Assembly (NCBI RefSeq): GCF_006345805.1 | Contig: NC_043001.1 | Coordinates: 86,738,001 to 86,802,000 of the forward strand | DNA length: 64,000 nt | From: Octopus sinensis | Lineage: Eukaryota | Direction: 5' to 3' | In this document: in pieces, positions 39,357-51,390 of the stretch | How the letters are laid out: each line of letters begins with the position of its first letter | Numbering within the stretch: the first letter of the stretch is position 1 | Made by a program: the position numbers and the translations under genes | Notes under the pieces: model-generated | Seen by the model: the letters and a program-made list of their open reading frames with translations, nothing else | Databases searched by the model: none | What the model was told of the DNA's origin: nothing

Positions 39357-39823
39357 TATTATAAAAGGCAGATTTTTTATCTGCCTCCCTTTGTCACTTA
39401 TAGAAATCTACAATATAGGATTTCTTCAATTACAATTTACCTAGCATTTTTAAGAGTAGAATGCATCGGGTTTTGCCAGGTCCACTTTTTTAAATTTCAA
39501 CCCCAATTAAGCAAAATTTACAGAAAACTCACATTCTGGTGTATGAGTCAAATGCTTCTCTTAGTGTGGTTTACACCACACCCAAACGCACACACACAGT
39601 GTGCAACGAGTAAAATGAAAGTAATTCACTTTCTGTAGTGACTGACTCTTTCACTCTGCCTCCCACTTCCTCTTTACACACATAGACACGCAAATATATA
39701 AATAAAATTGTCAGCTAACGTGCGTGTGTGTGAGTGTGTGTGTGTGCGTGTGTGTGCGTGTGTGTGTGTGTGTGAGGGTGCGTGTGTGTGTGTGTGTGTG
39801 CGTGTGCGTGAGTGTGTGACAGG

Positions 39824-40800
39824 AAAGTTTTTTAGGACGAATATAAGACCTATATCCAAGTAGCAGAAAGATCGCCCAAAAGTGTATATAGATATTTAAA
39901 TGTATTTATATATTCATCTATACACAGATGTATGTATAATGTGTGTGTATATATTTCCATAGAGGTAACCTTTCACTCCATACAAAGTTTTTTAGGACGA
40001 ATATAAGACCTATATCCAAGTAGCAGAAAGATCGCCCGAAAGTGTATATAGATATTTAAATGTATTTATATATTCATCTATACACAGATGTATGTATATA
40101 TTTCCATAGAGGTAACCTTTCACTCCATACAAAGTTTTTTAGGACGAATATAAGACCTATATCCAAGTAGCAGAAAGATCGCCCAAAAGTGTATATTGAT
40201 ATTTAAATGTATTTATATATTCATCTATACACAGATGTATGTATAATGTGTGTGTATATATTTCCATAGAGGTAACCTTTCACTCCATACAAAGTTTTTT
40301 AGGACGAATATAAGACCTATATCCAAGTAGCAGAAAGATCGCCCAAAAGTGTATATAGATATTAAATGTATTTATATATTCATCTATACACAGATGTATG
40401 TATAATGTGTGTGTATATATTTCCATAGAGGTAACCTTTCACTCCATACAAAGTTTTTTAGGACGAATATAAGATCTAAAGTATATACAAGTAGCAGAAA
40501 GATCGCCCAAAAGTGTATATAGATATTTAAATGTATTTATATATTCATCTATACACAGATGTATGTATAATGTGTGTGTATATATTTCCATAGAGGTAAC
40601 CTTTCACTCCGCACAAAGTATTTTAGGACGAAAATAAGATCTAAAGTTATCTCTAAGTAGCACAAAGATCGCCCAAAAGTGTATATAGATATTTAAATGT
40701 ATTTATATATTCATCTATACAAACATGTATGTATAATGTGCGTGTATATATTTCCATAGAGGTAATCATTCAATCCATACAAAGTTTTTTAGGACGAAAA
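39824..40800. repeat. ~160-bp tandem array, 6 units plus a partial unit
   Basis: AAAGT(T)TTTTAGGACG at 39824, 39984, 40131, 40291, 40450, 40615 and 40781 (periods 147-166). Confidence 0.95.
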
Positions 40801-41099
40801 TATTTATATATAAAAGAAAGGTTGTGTGTCTGTCTACTCCGATTTAGATTCCTAACTACTCCCACATTTTGCGATGCAGCTTAACCAAAACCGGGTATCT
40901 TATAGTCGTGATTCATATCGAGCCCTTCTGGGTATTAGCGCGCGTCTACGATGAGTCTATGATTTTGCAAATAATTTACCATAATTTTTTTCCATTTTAA
41001 TGCATATTTTTTTTAATAAAGGGAAGTAACTCTCAAACTTCACACCAATATGCGTGCTCATATGCGACGTAATATCACATCAGCAGCATTTCCTCACAC

Positions 41100-41530
41100 C
41101 CTCCTTGCACTTGGCGAAGGCAAAATACCAGGGGATGAAAATCGATTCCATTTGTACCATTGTTAAGACGCCTTCTGATCTCAGAGATGCAGCATTCCCA
41201 GATCTACAAGCTAATATCAGAATATGGATTGGATTGGCCAAAAGGCTATACTGGCCCCGAGGAATAAACTGTTCACCATATAATGATGAAATGCTAAAAC
41301 TCATTCCTGGGGAAGTCTATGTATATCAGTCTATCGATACAACTCCTGACCCAGAGGACGTCATCAACTATCCAATAGAGGTACTCAATTCCTTTGAGCA
41401 TCCCGGACTACCACCACACTTTCTCAAACTTAAAGTTGGTGCCCCTATAATGCTCATCAGAAATTTGGTTCCCCCAAAACAATGCAATAGCACACGTTTG
41501 ATCGTTAAGTCCTTATCTCCCACCGTAAAC
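41100..41530 (+). pseudogene. Helitron PIF1-type helicase fragment
   Basis: IPGEVYVYQSID...NYPIEVLNSFEHPGLPPHFLKLKVGAPIMLIRNLVPPKQCNSTRLIVKSL matches the conserved Helitron helicase block GLPPH.L.LKVG.P.ML.RNL....CNGTRL. Confidence 0.9.
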
Positions 41531-42584
41531 TTATATCAATATTTGCCTGAATAATCATCATAATTCAGTGCAATCATTAACAGTACTTTCAAGCAATTCA
41601 GCCCCGAGCAACGCCGGGAAATTCTGCTAGTATATATATAAATGCAGTGTACATTTAAACACATTTAAGGCATCCATCATAGGACTTGGTATTTAGAAAG
41701 GATGCAGTTTATTTGTATTGAATTAATAAATAACAGTTGGTGTAACTCAATTGCTGTTCATCAATATTTATTTCTCCATTTTCTGTTTCCTTTGAATTTT
41801 GTGTGTGCGCGTGTGTGTGTGTGTGTGTGTGTGATTATTAGATCCAAGGATCTAAGTGTAGGAAGTTTGTAAGATTCGAGCAGTCTGTGATAGGTATAAA
41901 AAAAAACAACGTTGAGGAGCAGTAATAATTTATTGGCGTCGAAAGTTGTAGGTTTTTCCCATATCGATGTTTGATAAGCTGAAAAGATATTTTAGAGCTC
42001 ACCGTTAGCAACTTGAATTGCTATAAATGCGAATAAAAATCCAAATTGAGTGAGTGGAGCAGGTAAAATCCATGCTACATGTGTTTTCTAGCTAGCAGAT
42101 CCTCTGATGTAATAGATTACTCAACGAGAAGCACTAGCTACTCATCTAGCTGAAGATACCTTAATTATATGGATGTTAGATGGTCGTTAAGAAATACCAA
42201 GTTAACTCGCCGAAAATATAATTTTAAATGAGTGCTGAAACCGGAAAAACCTACTAAAAAAATTTTTTTTAATATTTTAAAATATGTTTGAAGAAATAAA
42301 CTGGTCAGTATGTAAGGAAAGTGAAGGAAGAGGACCAATATTTGAGAGTGGGGAATTGTCTAAAGTTGTTGATAAAAGGAAAATTGAAGAGGAAGGGATT
42401 TTGTGTAGATGGATATTCTTTGTGAATATTATTCTGGGACTACTTTACTCTATATACATATGTGTGTGTGTGTATGTATGTATGTATATGCATGTATGTA
42501 TGTATATGCATGTATGTATGCATGCATGTATGTATGTATGTATATATGCATGTATGTATGTATGTATGTATGTATGTATGTATA

Positions 42585-45156
42585 TACAGGCGCAGGAGTG
42601 GCTGTGTGGTAAGAAGCTTGCTTACCAACCACATGGTTCCGGGTTCAGTCCACTGCGTGACACCTTGGGCAAGTGTCTTCAACTATAGCCCTCGGACCGA
42701 CCAAAGCCTTATGAGTAGATTTGGTAGACGGAAACTGAATATATCATCATCATCATCATCATTTAGCGTCCGCTTTCCATGCTAGCATGGGTTGGACGGT
42801 TCAACTGGGGTCTGTGAAGCCAGAAGGCTGCACCAGGCCCAGTCCGATCTGGCAGTGTTTCTACGGCTGGATGCCCTTCCTAACGCCAACCACTCCGTGA
42901 GTGTAGTGGGTGCTTTTTACGTGCCACCTGCACAGGTGCCAGACGGGGCTGGCAAACGGCCACGGACGGATGGTGCTTTTTACGTGCCACCGGCACGGGG
43001 CCAGGCAAGGCTGGCAACGGCCACGATCGGATGGTGCTTTTTACGTGCCACCGGCACGGAGGCCAGTCGAGGCGGCACTGGCAACGGACACGGTCAGGTG
43101 GTGCTTTTTACATGCCACCGTCACGGGGGCCAGTCGGGGCGGCGCTGGCAACGGACACGGTCGGGTGGTGCTTTTTACGTGCCACCGGCACGGAGGCCAG
43201 GCGAGGCTGGCAACGGCCACGATCGGATGGTGCTTTTTACGTGCCACCGGCATGGAGGACAGTCGGGGCGGCGCTGGCAACGGACACGGTCGGGTGGTGC
43301 TTTTTACGTGCCACCGGCACGAGGGCCAGGCGAGGCTGGCAACGGCCACGATCGGAAGGTGCTTTTTACATGCCACCGGCACGGAGGCCAGTCGGGGCGG
43401 CGCTGGCCACGGCCACTATCAGATGGTACGCTTACGTGTCACCGGCACTGGTATCGCAGCTGCAATTTCTATTGATGTTGATCGACTTCGATTTTGGTTC
43501 TGATTTCTGATTTGATTTGATTTCGATTTCCGATTTCCACTTGCCTCAACGGGTCTTCACAAGTGGAGTTTTGTGTCCCAAGAAGGAAAGGTATGCATAA
43601 GTCGACTGGCTACATCCCAGGTAGAGGCCACGGGTAATGGTCTCACTAGTCCTGCCGAGTCTTCTCACGCACAGCATACTTCCATAGGTCTCGGTCTCTA
43701 GTCATCTCCTCAGTGAGACCTAAAGTTCGAAGGTCATGCTTCGCCGCCTCGTCCCTAGTTTTCCTGGGTCTGCCTCTTCCACAGGTTCCCTCAGCCGCTA
43801 GGGTGTGGCACTTTTTAACACAGCTATCTTCATCCATTCTCGTCACATGACCATACCAGCACAAACGTCTCTCTTGCACACCACATCTGATGCTTCTTAG
43901 GTCCAGCTTTTCTCTCAAGGTACTTACACTCTGTCGAGTATGAACACTGACATTACACATCTATCGGAGCATACTGGCTTCATTTCTTGCGAGCTTACGC
44001 ATATCCTCAGCAGTCACGGCCCATGTTTCACTGCCATGTAGCATGGCTGTTCGTACACACGCGTCATACAGTCTGCCTTTTACTCTGAGCGAGAGGCCTT
44101 TTGTCACCAGCAGAGGTAAGAGCTCTCTGAACTTTGCCCAAGCTATTCTTACTCTAGCATTTACACTTTCAGCACACCCGCCCCCGCTACTGACTTAGTC
44201 ACCTAGGTAACGGAAACTATCAACTATTTCTAGTTTTTCTCCCTGGAAAGTGGCAGAAATTTGTCTCAGAGCATTTTCAGTGTTTATTGCTCCTGAGCAT
44301 CTGCCACATACAAAAACTATCTTCCTAATTAGCTTTCCTTTGACATTGCTGCACCTCTTATGTGTCCATAGCTTACACTTGGTGCATCTTATAGAGTTTC
44401 TACCTACACCTTTTCTACAGATCGAGCAGGGCCATCTACCTGAAGGCATTTGTGATTTGTCTACCTTACTACTTATTAGGACTTTGGTTTTAGCTAGATT
44501 GACTCTAAGGCCCTTCGATTTTAATACTTGCTTCTACACCTGAAACTTCTCCTCCAGTCCTGATAGAGACTCAGCAATTAGAGCAAGGTCATCAGCATAG
44601 AGGAGCTCCCAGGGGCATCCTGTCTTGAATTCCTCCGTTATTGCCTGGAGGACTATGGTAAATAGGAGGGGGCTGAGGGCTGAGCTTTGGTGGACCCCTA
44701 CCTCTACCCGGAATTCTTCACTGTACTCGTTGCCAACCCTCACCTTACTAGCAGCGTCCCTGTACATGGCTCGCACAGCTCTCACTAACCATTCATCTAT
44801 CCCTAGTTTCCTCAATGACCACCAGATAAGGGATCGGGGGACCCTGTCGAAGGCTTTCTCCATGTCAACAAAAGCCAGGTATAGGGGCTTATCTTTGGCT
44901 AGGTATTTCTCCTGCAGCTGCCTTACGAGGAATATAGCATCAGTGGTACTTTTCCCTGGCACGAACCCAAACTGCATCTCATCTAAACTAACTCTCTCTC
45001 TCTAATTAGTTGGGCTATGACCCTCTCCGTAACCTTCATTACCTGATCCAACAGCTTGATACCTCTGTAATTATTTGTATCTAGGGCATCACCTTTATCT
45101 CTGTAGCAGTTGACTATTATGCTGCTACACCAGTCATTGGGTATGACTCCTTCGTG

Positions 45157-45187
<31 letters not shown>

Positions 45188-45400
45188 GAATGTGTGTATA
45201 TGTTTGTGTCTGTGTATGTGTGTCCAACATCGCTTGACAACCGATGCTAGTGTGTAACTTAGCGGTTCGGCAAAAGAGACCGATAGAATAAGTACTAGGC
45301 TTACAAAAAATAAGTCCTAGGATCGATTTGCTCGAATAAAGGCGGTGCTCCAGTATGGCTGCAGTTAAAATTACTGAAACAAGTATAAGAATAAAAGAGA
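42585..45400 (+). mobile_element. SINE split by an RTE insertion (5' half 42585-42740, 3' half about 45215-45400)
   Basis: The two halves match the head and tail of the intact SINE at 25470-25880 and flank the RTE. Confidence 0.75.
42750..45155 (-). mobile_element. RTE-clade LINE, 5'-truncated, RT disrupted; 3' UTR minisatellite and (GAT)n tail
   Basis: NYRGIKLL, QFGFVPGKSTTDAIF, AFVDMEKAFDRVPR, GVHQSSALSPLLF, ELLYADDLAL, FRYLGD followed by a stop, and RRLCWYGHV.RM motifs. Confidence 0.95.
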
Positions 45401-45497
45401 ATATATGTATGGGTATATATATGTGTATATATATGTATATATATATGTAAATATATATGCATATATTTATATATATATATATATATATATATACATA

Positions 45498-45885
45498 CTA
45501 GCAGTATCGCCCGGCGTTGCTCGGGTTTGTAAGGGAAATAACTATATAAGCATTTTTAGAGAGTTATAGCCAAAAAATAGTTTTAAAAATGCATTAAAAA
45601 TGGACAAAAATTATGGTAAATTTTTTTTTTAAATCGTTGACATTTTTAGAGAGTTACTTCCCTTATATAATAGCGAAAAAATGCATTAAAATGGAAAAAA
45701 ATTATGGTAAATTTTTTTTTTAATCGTAGACTCATCGTAGACGCGCGCGAATACCCAGAAGGGCTCGATATGAATCACGACTATAAGATACCCGGTTTTG
45801 GTTAAACTGCACCGCAAAATGTGGGAGTAGTTAGGAATCTAAATCGTAGGAGACAGACACACAACCTCACTTTTATATATAAAGA
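45498..45885 (-). mobile_element. Non-autonomous Helitron
   Basis: Same CCCGAGCAACGCCGGG...CTAG 3' end. The 5' module ATCTTTATATATAAAAG matches 40800-41010. Confidence 0.85.
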
Positions 45886-45911
45886 TATGAATATGTTCAC
45901 ATACATACATT

Positions 45912-45955
<44 letters not shown>

Positions 45956-47308
45956 ATTATAGATACATATATGTATGTGTGCATCTACGCATGTATCTAT
46001 GCATGTAAGTACGTACTCATTTATATATATAAATCCTGATATGTATATATATATTTTATACATACATACATACACATACACACACGCGCGCACATACATC
46101 TGTGTTTGCGTGTGTGTGCGCGCGCGCGTGTGTGCGTGTGTGTGTGCGTGTTATTTTGATCTCGTCAGTTTCTTGTTCCTCTGAGTTTTGCCTATGGTTG
46201 CATAGGCTCTTCAGGCAAATTATAACAGGGAAAATTACTGAATTTTCAAACCTACATATAGTTCCTATCATATATGGTTAGTGAAAAGAATATATAATAT
46301 GGGGGAGGGGAGAGAAATAAGATGAAAAGAAAGAAGAAAAAGAAACTAAAGAAAAGGAAAAGAAAGAGGGAGTAAGAAGAGAGTAAGAAAAAGAAGAAGA
46401 AATTAAGGGTGTGTTTTAATGGAAGAGAATGAAGTAGAGTGACTGGTCGAAGAATTCGATAGAAGGAATATAAGATAAGTAGATAAATGAATAAACTATT
46501 ATATATTGAACGGTTACATGAAACTCTGAGTGACAGTTGGTGAGATTTTATCAGCTTACACACACACACGCACACACACGAGCACTTACACGCATAAAGA
46601 GTTGCACAGCTTAAAATAGTGATAAATGTGAGGGGAGATCACTCTAAGCACGCTTTCTGCCTTTGAAGGGAGGTCACTCTCCACTTATTTTTGTCTCGAT
46701 ATATTAATTTTCACTTTTCATTCATTGTTAGTATTGCCTTTCATAACATAAATGGCGTACAGAGATATCAGCAGCACATATTCATGAAAAAATGGTTTTA
46801 ATGCATTTTAGGACCTAGGATGATTTTTGGAAAGAATTGCGTTTAATATGCTATGAAATACGGTGATTTACTAACACAGGAATTTACGTATTTTATCCGC
46901 ATGTAGTTTTATTGTATTTATTATATTTCCATGAATGAGTTCGGGTTAATATCGTTGTTGTAGTATTATTAGGACTTTATTATTGTTGCAGATTAGTGAT
47001 TCTATCGTATCCAAAAATCAGTTTCCTAAAAGTACAAAGTTATTAACACACCTAGTAAGGAACGTCTCAACTAATACTACGCACTTTCCTACTTCATATA
47101 AATAACGCAAAATATTATGTAGAAATTATATAAAAGCTAGCTACAGACGTTTGGATAACATAGGATAAAATAGGATATGTTTGGATTACGTAGGATAACT
47201 TTCATGTTTGCATATATACTCATATTTGTATTTATACAAATAATATATTTATAATTTCATGCTTATATTTATAATGTCTGATATTTCATAATTTAATTCT
47301 ACATGCAG

Positions 47309-48253
47309 GCTCAATTCACAGAAGATGATCACAAAGCCTTTTTGGTAGATCAGCAGAACAGAAAATCTTTTTTGAGATCAGCCTGCAAGAAACTCGGTTT
47401 ACTCCCCAGAAAACGTGAAATGAAGAAAAGCGAGTTTTCCAGTATTCTTGTCGACGATCCACACGGATTTATGTATTGCCAAATTCCAAAAGTTGCGTGC
47501 ACTAATTGGCGGCGAGTGTTACTTGTGTTAACAGGATATTACAATACGACGAAAGGGTCTCAACTGAGAGCTATGGATGTCCATGATTCTTATGATAAGC
47601 ATTTGACTTACCTCAGTGACCTATCAGCTGGAGGAATCACATATCGTTTGCGCAAGTACAAGAAATTTCTATTCGTTCGAGAACCATTTCAAAGACTAGT
47701 TTCTGCTTTCAGAAACAAAATCCTCTCTTCAAAAAATGAATACTTTTTCCAAAGATTTGGCCGCATTATTCTCAAAAGATATCGAAATCGTTCAATGAGT
47801 GAAAATTCCATGAGAAAAACAAAGGTTAAATTTAGTGAGTTTGTGCATTATCTTATCGATGCGTCAACACGGAGAGTTAGTTTAAATGATCATTGGGGTC
47901 ATTTTAGTCCTTTGTGTCATCCGTGTTCGATAAAATATGATTTTATAGGTAAATACGAGACATTGGAGAGAGATGCGCATTTTATTCTTCGTGATTTGAC
48001 ACCGAAACACTCGGTTAAATTTCCATCGCGTAATGACACCTACAGAACTGCACAAACTGGTAATGATTTGGCAGCGCAATATTTCAAAACTCTTTCGCCT
48101 GCATCTATAAATAGACTGTGGAAGATATACCGCATGGATTATTATCTCTTTAATTACTCCTACCCCACGTGGTTAGTACCATCTTATAACAGGAACACAA
48201 CAATCATTAAACAGTCTTCAAAAGTAAATCCAGTTAAAATTAAAACTACCTAG
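47309..48253 (+). CDS. CHST11: CHST11-like coding exon 3: Sulfotransfer_2 catalytic domain to stop codon
   Basis: Uninterrupted 314-codon frame after acceptor TTCTACATGCAG. It contains the 5'-PSB motif YCQIPKVACTNWRRVL, the 3'-PB motif KFLFVREPFQRLVSAFRNK, HW...LCHPCSIKYDFIGKYETLERDA and IYRMDYYLFNY, all typical of the CHST8-14/HNK-1ST family. Confidence 0.93.
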   Translation, partial: AQFTEDDHKAFLVDQQNRKSFLRSACKKLGLLPRKREMKKSEFSSILVDDPHGFMYCQIPKVACTNWRRVLLVLTGYYNTTKGSQLRAMDVHDSYDKHLTYLSDLSAGGITYRLRKYKKFLFVREPFQRLVSAFRNKILSSKNEYFFQRFGRIILKRYRNRSMSENSMRKTKVKFSEFVHYLIDASTRRVSLNDHWGHFSPLCHPCSIKYDFIGKYETLERDAHFILRDLTPKHSVKFPSRNDTYRTAQTGNDLAAQYFKTLSPASINRLWKIYRMDYYLFNYSYPTWLVPSYNRNTTIIKQSSKVNPVKIKTT

Positions 48254-48491
48254 AACTTGCTTCTGTGTTATGTGTGTGCGTGAGTGTGTGTATGTATGTA
48301 TGTGTGTGTGTGTGTGTATTTTTGTATGTGTGTGTATATATATATATATATATATTTATATATTATATTATATATTATATAAGTAAATATGGGAGTGATA
48401 GTACTATTAAAATACCATCACTAGTGGCGGCGAATACCAGCCGTACAGACAAAATTAATGAAATATATATATTATATACATATATATATTC

Positions 48492-48652
48492 CGCAGGTTC
48501 CCTCAACCGCTAGGGTGTGGCACTTTTTCACACAACTATCTTCATCCATTCTCGCCACATGACCATACCAGCGCAAACGTCTCTCTTGCACACCACAACT
48601 GATGCTTCTTAGGTCCAGCTTTTCTCTTAGAAGCATCAGTTGTGGTGTGCAA
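48492..48652 (-). mobile_element. RTE fragment ending in a 24-bp perfect foldback
   Basis: Matches about 43780-43915. 48586-48609 and 48629-48652 are exact reverse complements. Confidence 0.85.
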
Positions 48653-48757
48653 TATTTGTATATATCTTATATATATTTGTATATATCTTATATATGTAAT
48701 ATATGTATATATATGTATACATGCACATATGTATGTATATGTATACATGTATGTGCA

Positions 48758-48798
<41 letters not shown>

Positions 48799-48954
48799 GT
48801 AAAGGTGTGTGTGTGCATATATATTTGTAAAAATATATGTGCATGCATATTTTTACAGATATGTATACATACGTACATTCATACATACTTCCATACATAC
48901 ATACATACATACATACATACATGCATGCATATTGTCTGTAGAAGAAATCCACTC

Positions 48955-50075
48955 CATAGACATTAAAACCCACAAGATTCTAACATCAACTGCAAATCTC
49001 CATTGAAATAGTGATATCGACAGGCTCTGCCTAAGAAGTGTTAAAGGAGCTAGAGGTTTATCAGTGCAAACAGCCTTCGAATGTCGTACAGTCTCTCAGA
49101 CAGCACATGCTTAACAACTGCAGCAAAAATTAATAAATAAACTTAGTGCTAAAAAGCGAAGTAAACAATATCTTACGAATGAAGTGATCTCCTAAGGATG
49201 CACTTTCTTCCTGATGACATCCTGTACAACTCCAAATCTTCAAAGAAGATCTGGAGTTGAAAGGTTCAGCATACTAAAAGAAGGACCATGCGTGGGTATG
49301 TTTTCCGAAGACTTGAAGAAGATAGTAACATTGACATAAAGCGAAGCCTCTCTTGGTCTTGTGACCGCTGCATCACATCACACTTCGAAGACTTTGCATT
49401 TATAATCCAAGAACAGGAGATTGCTACTTGCCTAATCAACAAAAGAGAGAGTGAAAACCTTGGAGTTAAAAGATGCAACTGTAAATGTAGATTATGTCAT
49501 ATTTTTGTGGAAGACATCACACGTAATTAGCAGCTGCCCAAAAATGTCATCAAGGTACTACCTCCCACTGCGACATAACATTGTCGCAAAAACACTGTAC
49601 ATTACCATTCAAGAAAAGTACTGCCCTGGAATGAATTTAGAAAATTCCCCTGTTACTGAATATGTGCACAAATATTAGCACAAGGAATACTGGTGGAGCA
49701 TTCGCATCAAAACTTCTGTCAACTGTAAGCATAACCTGCCGGATATTGTTGTTTGGGACAGACAAGACATGTTATGTACCATCATAAAGTCAGCTGTCCT
49801 GATGATGTGAATATTTCTTTGAAAATCAGAGAGAAAAGAAGATAACTATGGACAACTGCTTTAAAATCTCCAGCTTCTATATCCAGATTACAAATTTACA
49901 TTTAAACCAATGATAATTGGAGCACTTCGTTTTGTAAGTAAATTCTTAACTGGCAGTGGATAAGCTTGGATTATCAGAAAAAGAAATCAACCAACTGTTT
50001 TTTTCTTATTACAAATACAATCTGTATGTGGAACAATGAAACCATGCAAGACTTTTCTCAGGTTTAAACTGTGAC
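48955..50075 (+). mobile_element. Decayed R4/Dong-type LINE 3' part
   Basis: SDIDRL....GARGL, AFIIQEQEI, CRLC..VEDIT, HVISSCPKMSSRYYLPLRHN and PDIVVWD motifs. Confidence 0.8.
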
Positions 50076-51049
50076 ATTGTTTTCGTTATTTACATTCCAA
50101 TGATGGAGCTTTGTATCTTTGTTAGAAACCAGCTCCTTCTTCAGAGGAAGCGTTTAAATGTTTAAAAATAGAATAGAAACATACATGCATGCAAACATAC
50201 CTACCTACATACATACATACATAACATTTTAATAAACATGTCATTTTCCTATATACATCTCAACCACCACTTTCTAACTACCCACAACTGATCTTCATTA
50301 TATCATGATACACCGATTATTTTAGATACTTGTTAATCTATATTCCTCATTTCCGTTTTGTCACAAAGTTCAGCAGGATACTGAATAGAGATTATATATA
50401 AAAGGTTACATCAACATTGTAATATAAGATTTCCATCTACCTACTTATTCAGATGAAACCGTCCACCCACCTCTTTTTATATTTTATTTTCATTATCTTT
50501 GTTAGAAGTTTCTCTTTATCCAGTACCCACTGGACATCTTTCTGCCTTATTACTGCAATAACTAGCATTGACATATCACATGGTAAATATTCCATAAAAG
50601 TTTTAAGATAAAATTCTTTGTACACTTTTCATGATTATACTGATATATACAGATATAAATATAGAACTTGAATGAAATTAATGTAAAATCAGAGATGATT
50701 AACTGTGTGGAAGTAAGTGAGCTGCAAAAATCAGTACTCGGTATCTCTTAATTATCAATATTCACAGCTGAAGTCAAACTACATTAAAAGTCGATGGGTT
50801 TTCATAAGTGTATGTGTAAATATTTCATAACTGTTTAAACGTTACCTTAATGATGTAAAGTAAGTACTTACACACACACACACACACAATATACATACAT
50901 ACATTTATATCATGTAACAAATTAAAAGGGTGGCTAATTAGCAATTAGTACCTAAAGGCAAAAATTAATAGAGGTCACAAAAGTGGCGAGGTGTGCTGAC
51001 TAGCACCACTTATGCTAAAATAACAGTTAACTGACCTCTGTTCATTTTT

Positions 51050-51058
51050 ATCTATATC

Positions 51059-51100
<42 letters not shown>

Positions 51101-51306
51101 TCACACACATACATATATACACACACACACACACACTCACACATATATACACACACACATACATATATACACACACACACATACATATATACACACACAC
51201 ACATATATATACACACACACACACATATATACAAACACACACATATATATATACACACACACACACATATATATATATACACACACACACATATATACAC
51301 ACATAT

Positions 51307-51356
<50 letters not shown>

Positions 51357-51390
51357 GCATACATATATATTTAAATCATATATGTGTGTG
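51050..51390. repeat. (TA)/(CA) compound microsatellite
   Basis: Direct reading. Confidence 0.95.

Larger units (their letters stand above)
39354..41630 (+). mobile_element. Composite Helitron: TC 5' end, 160-bp satellite, second Helitron 5' module, PIF1 helicase relic, hairpin-CTAG 3' end
   Basis: TC at 39354; 3' CCCCGAGCAACGCCGGG...CTAG|T ending at 41630. That these form a single element is inferred. Confidence 0.7.

Noticed and set aside
42905-43445. CRISPR-like appearance of palindromic repeats with spacers
   Set aside because: The linkers alternate between two related sequences rather than being unique, the array lies inside an RTE 3' UTR in eukaryotic DNA, and there are no cas genes.
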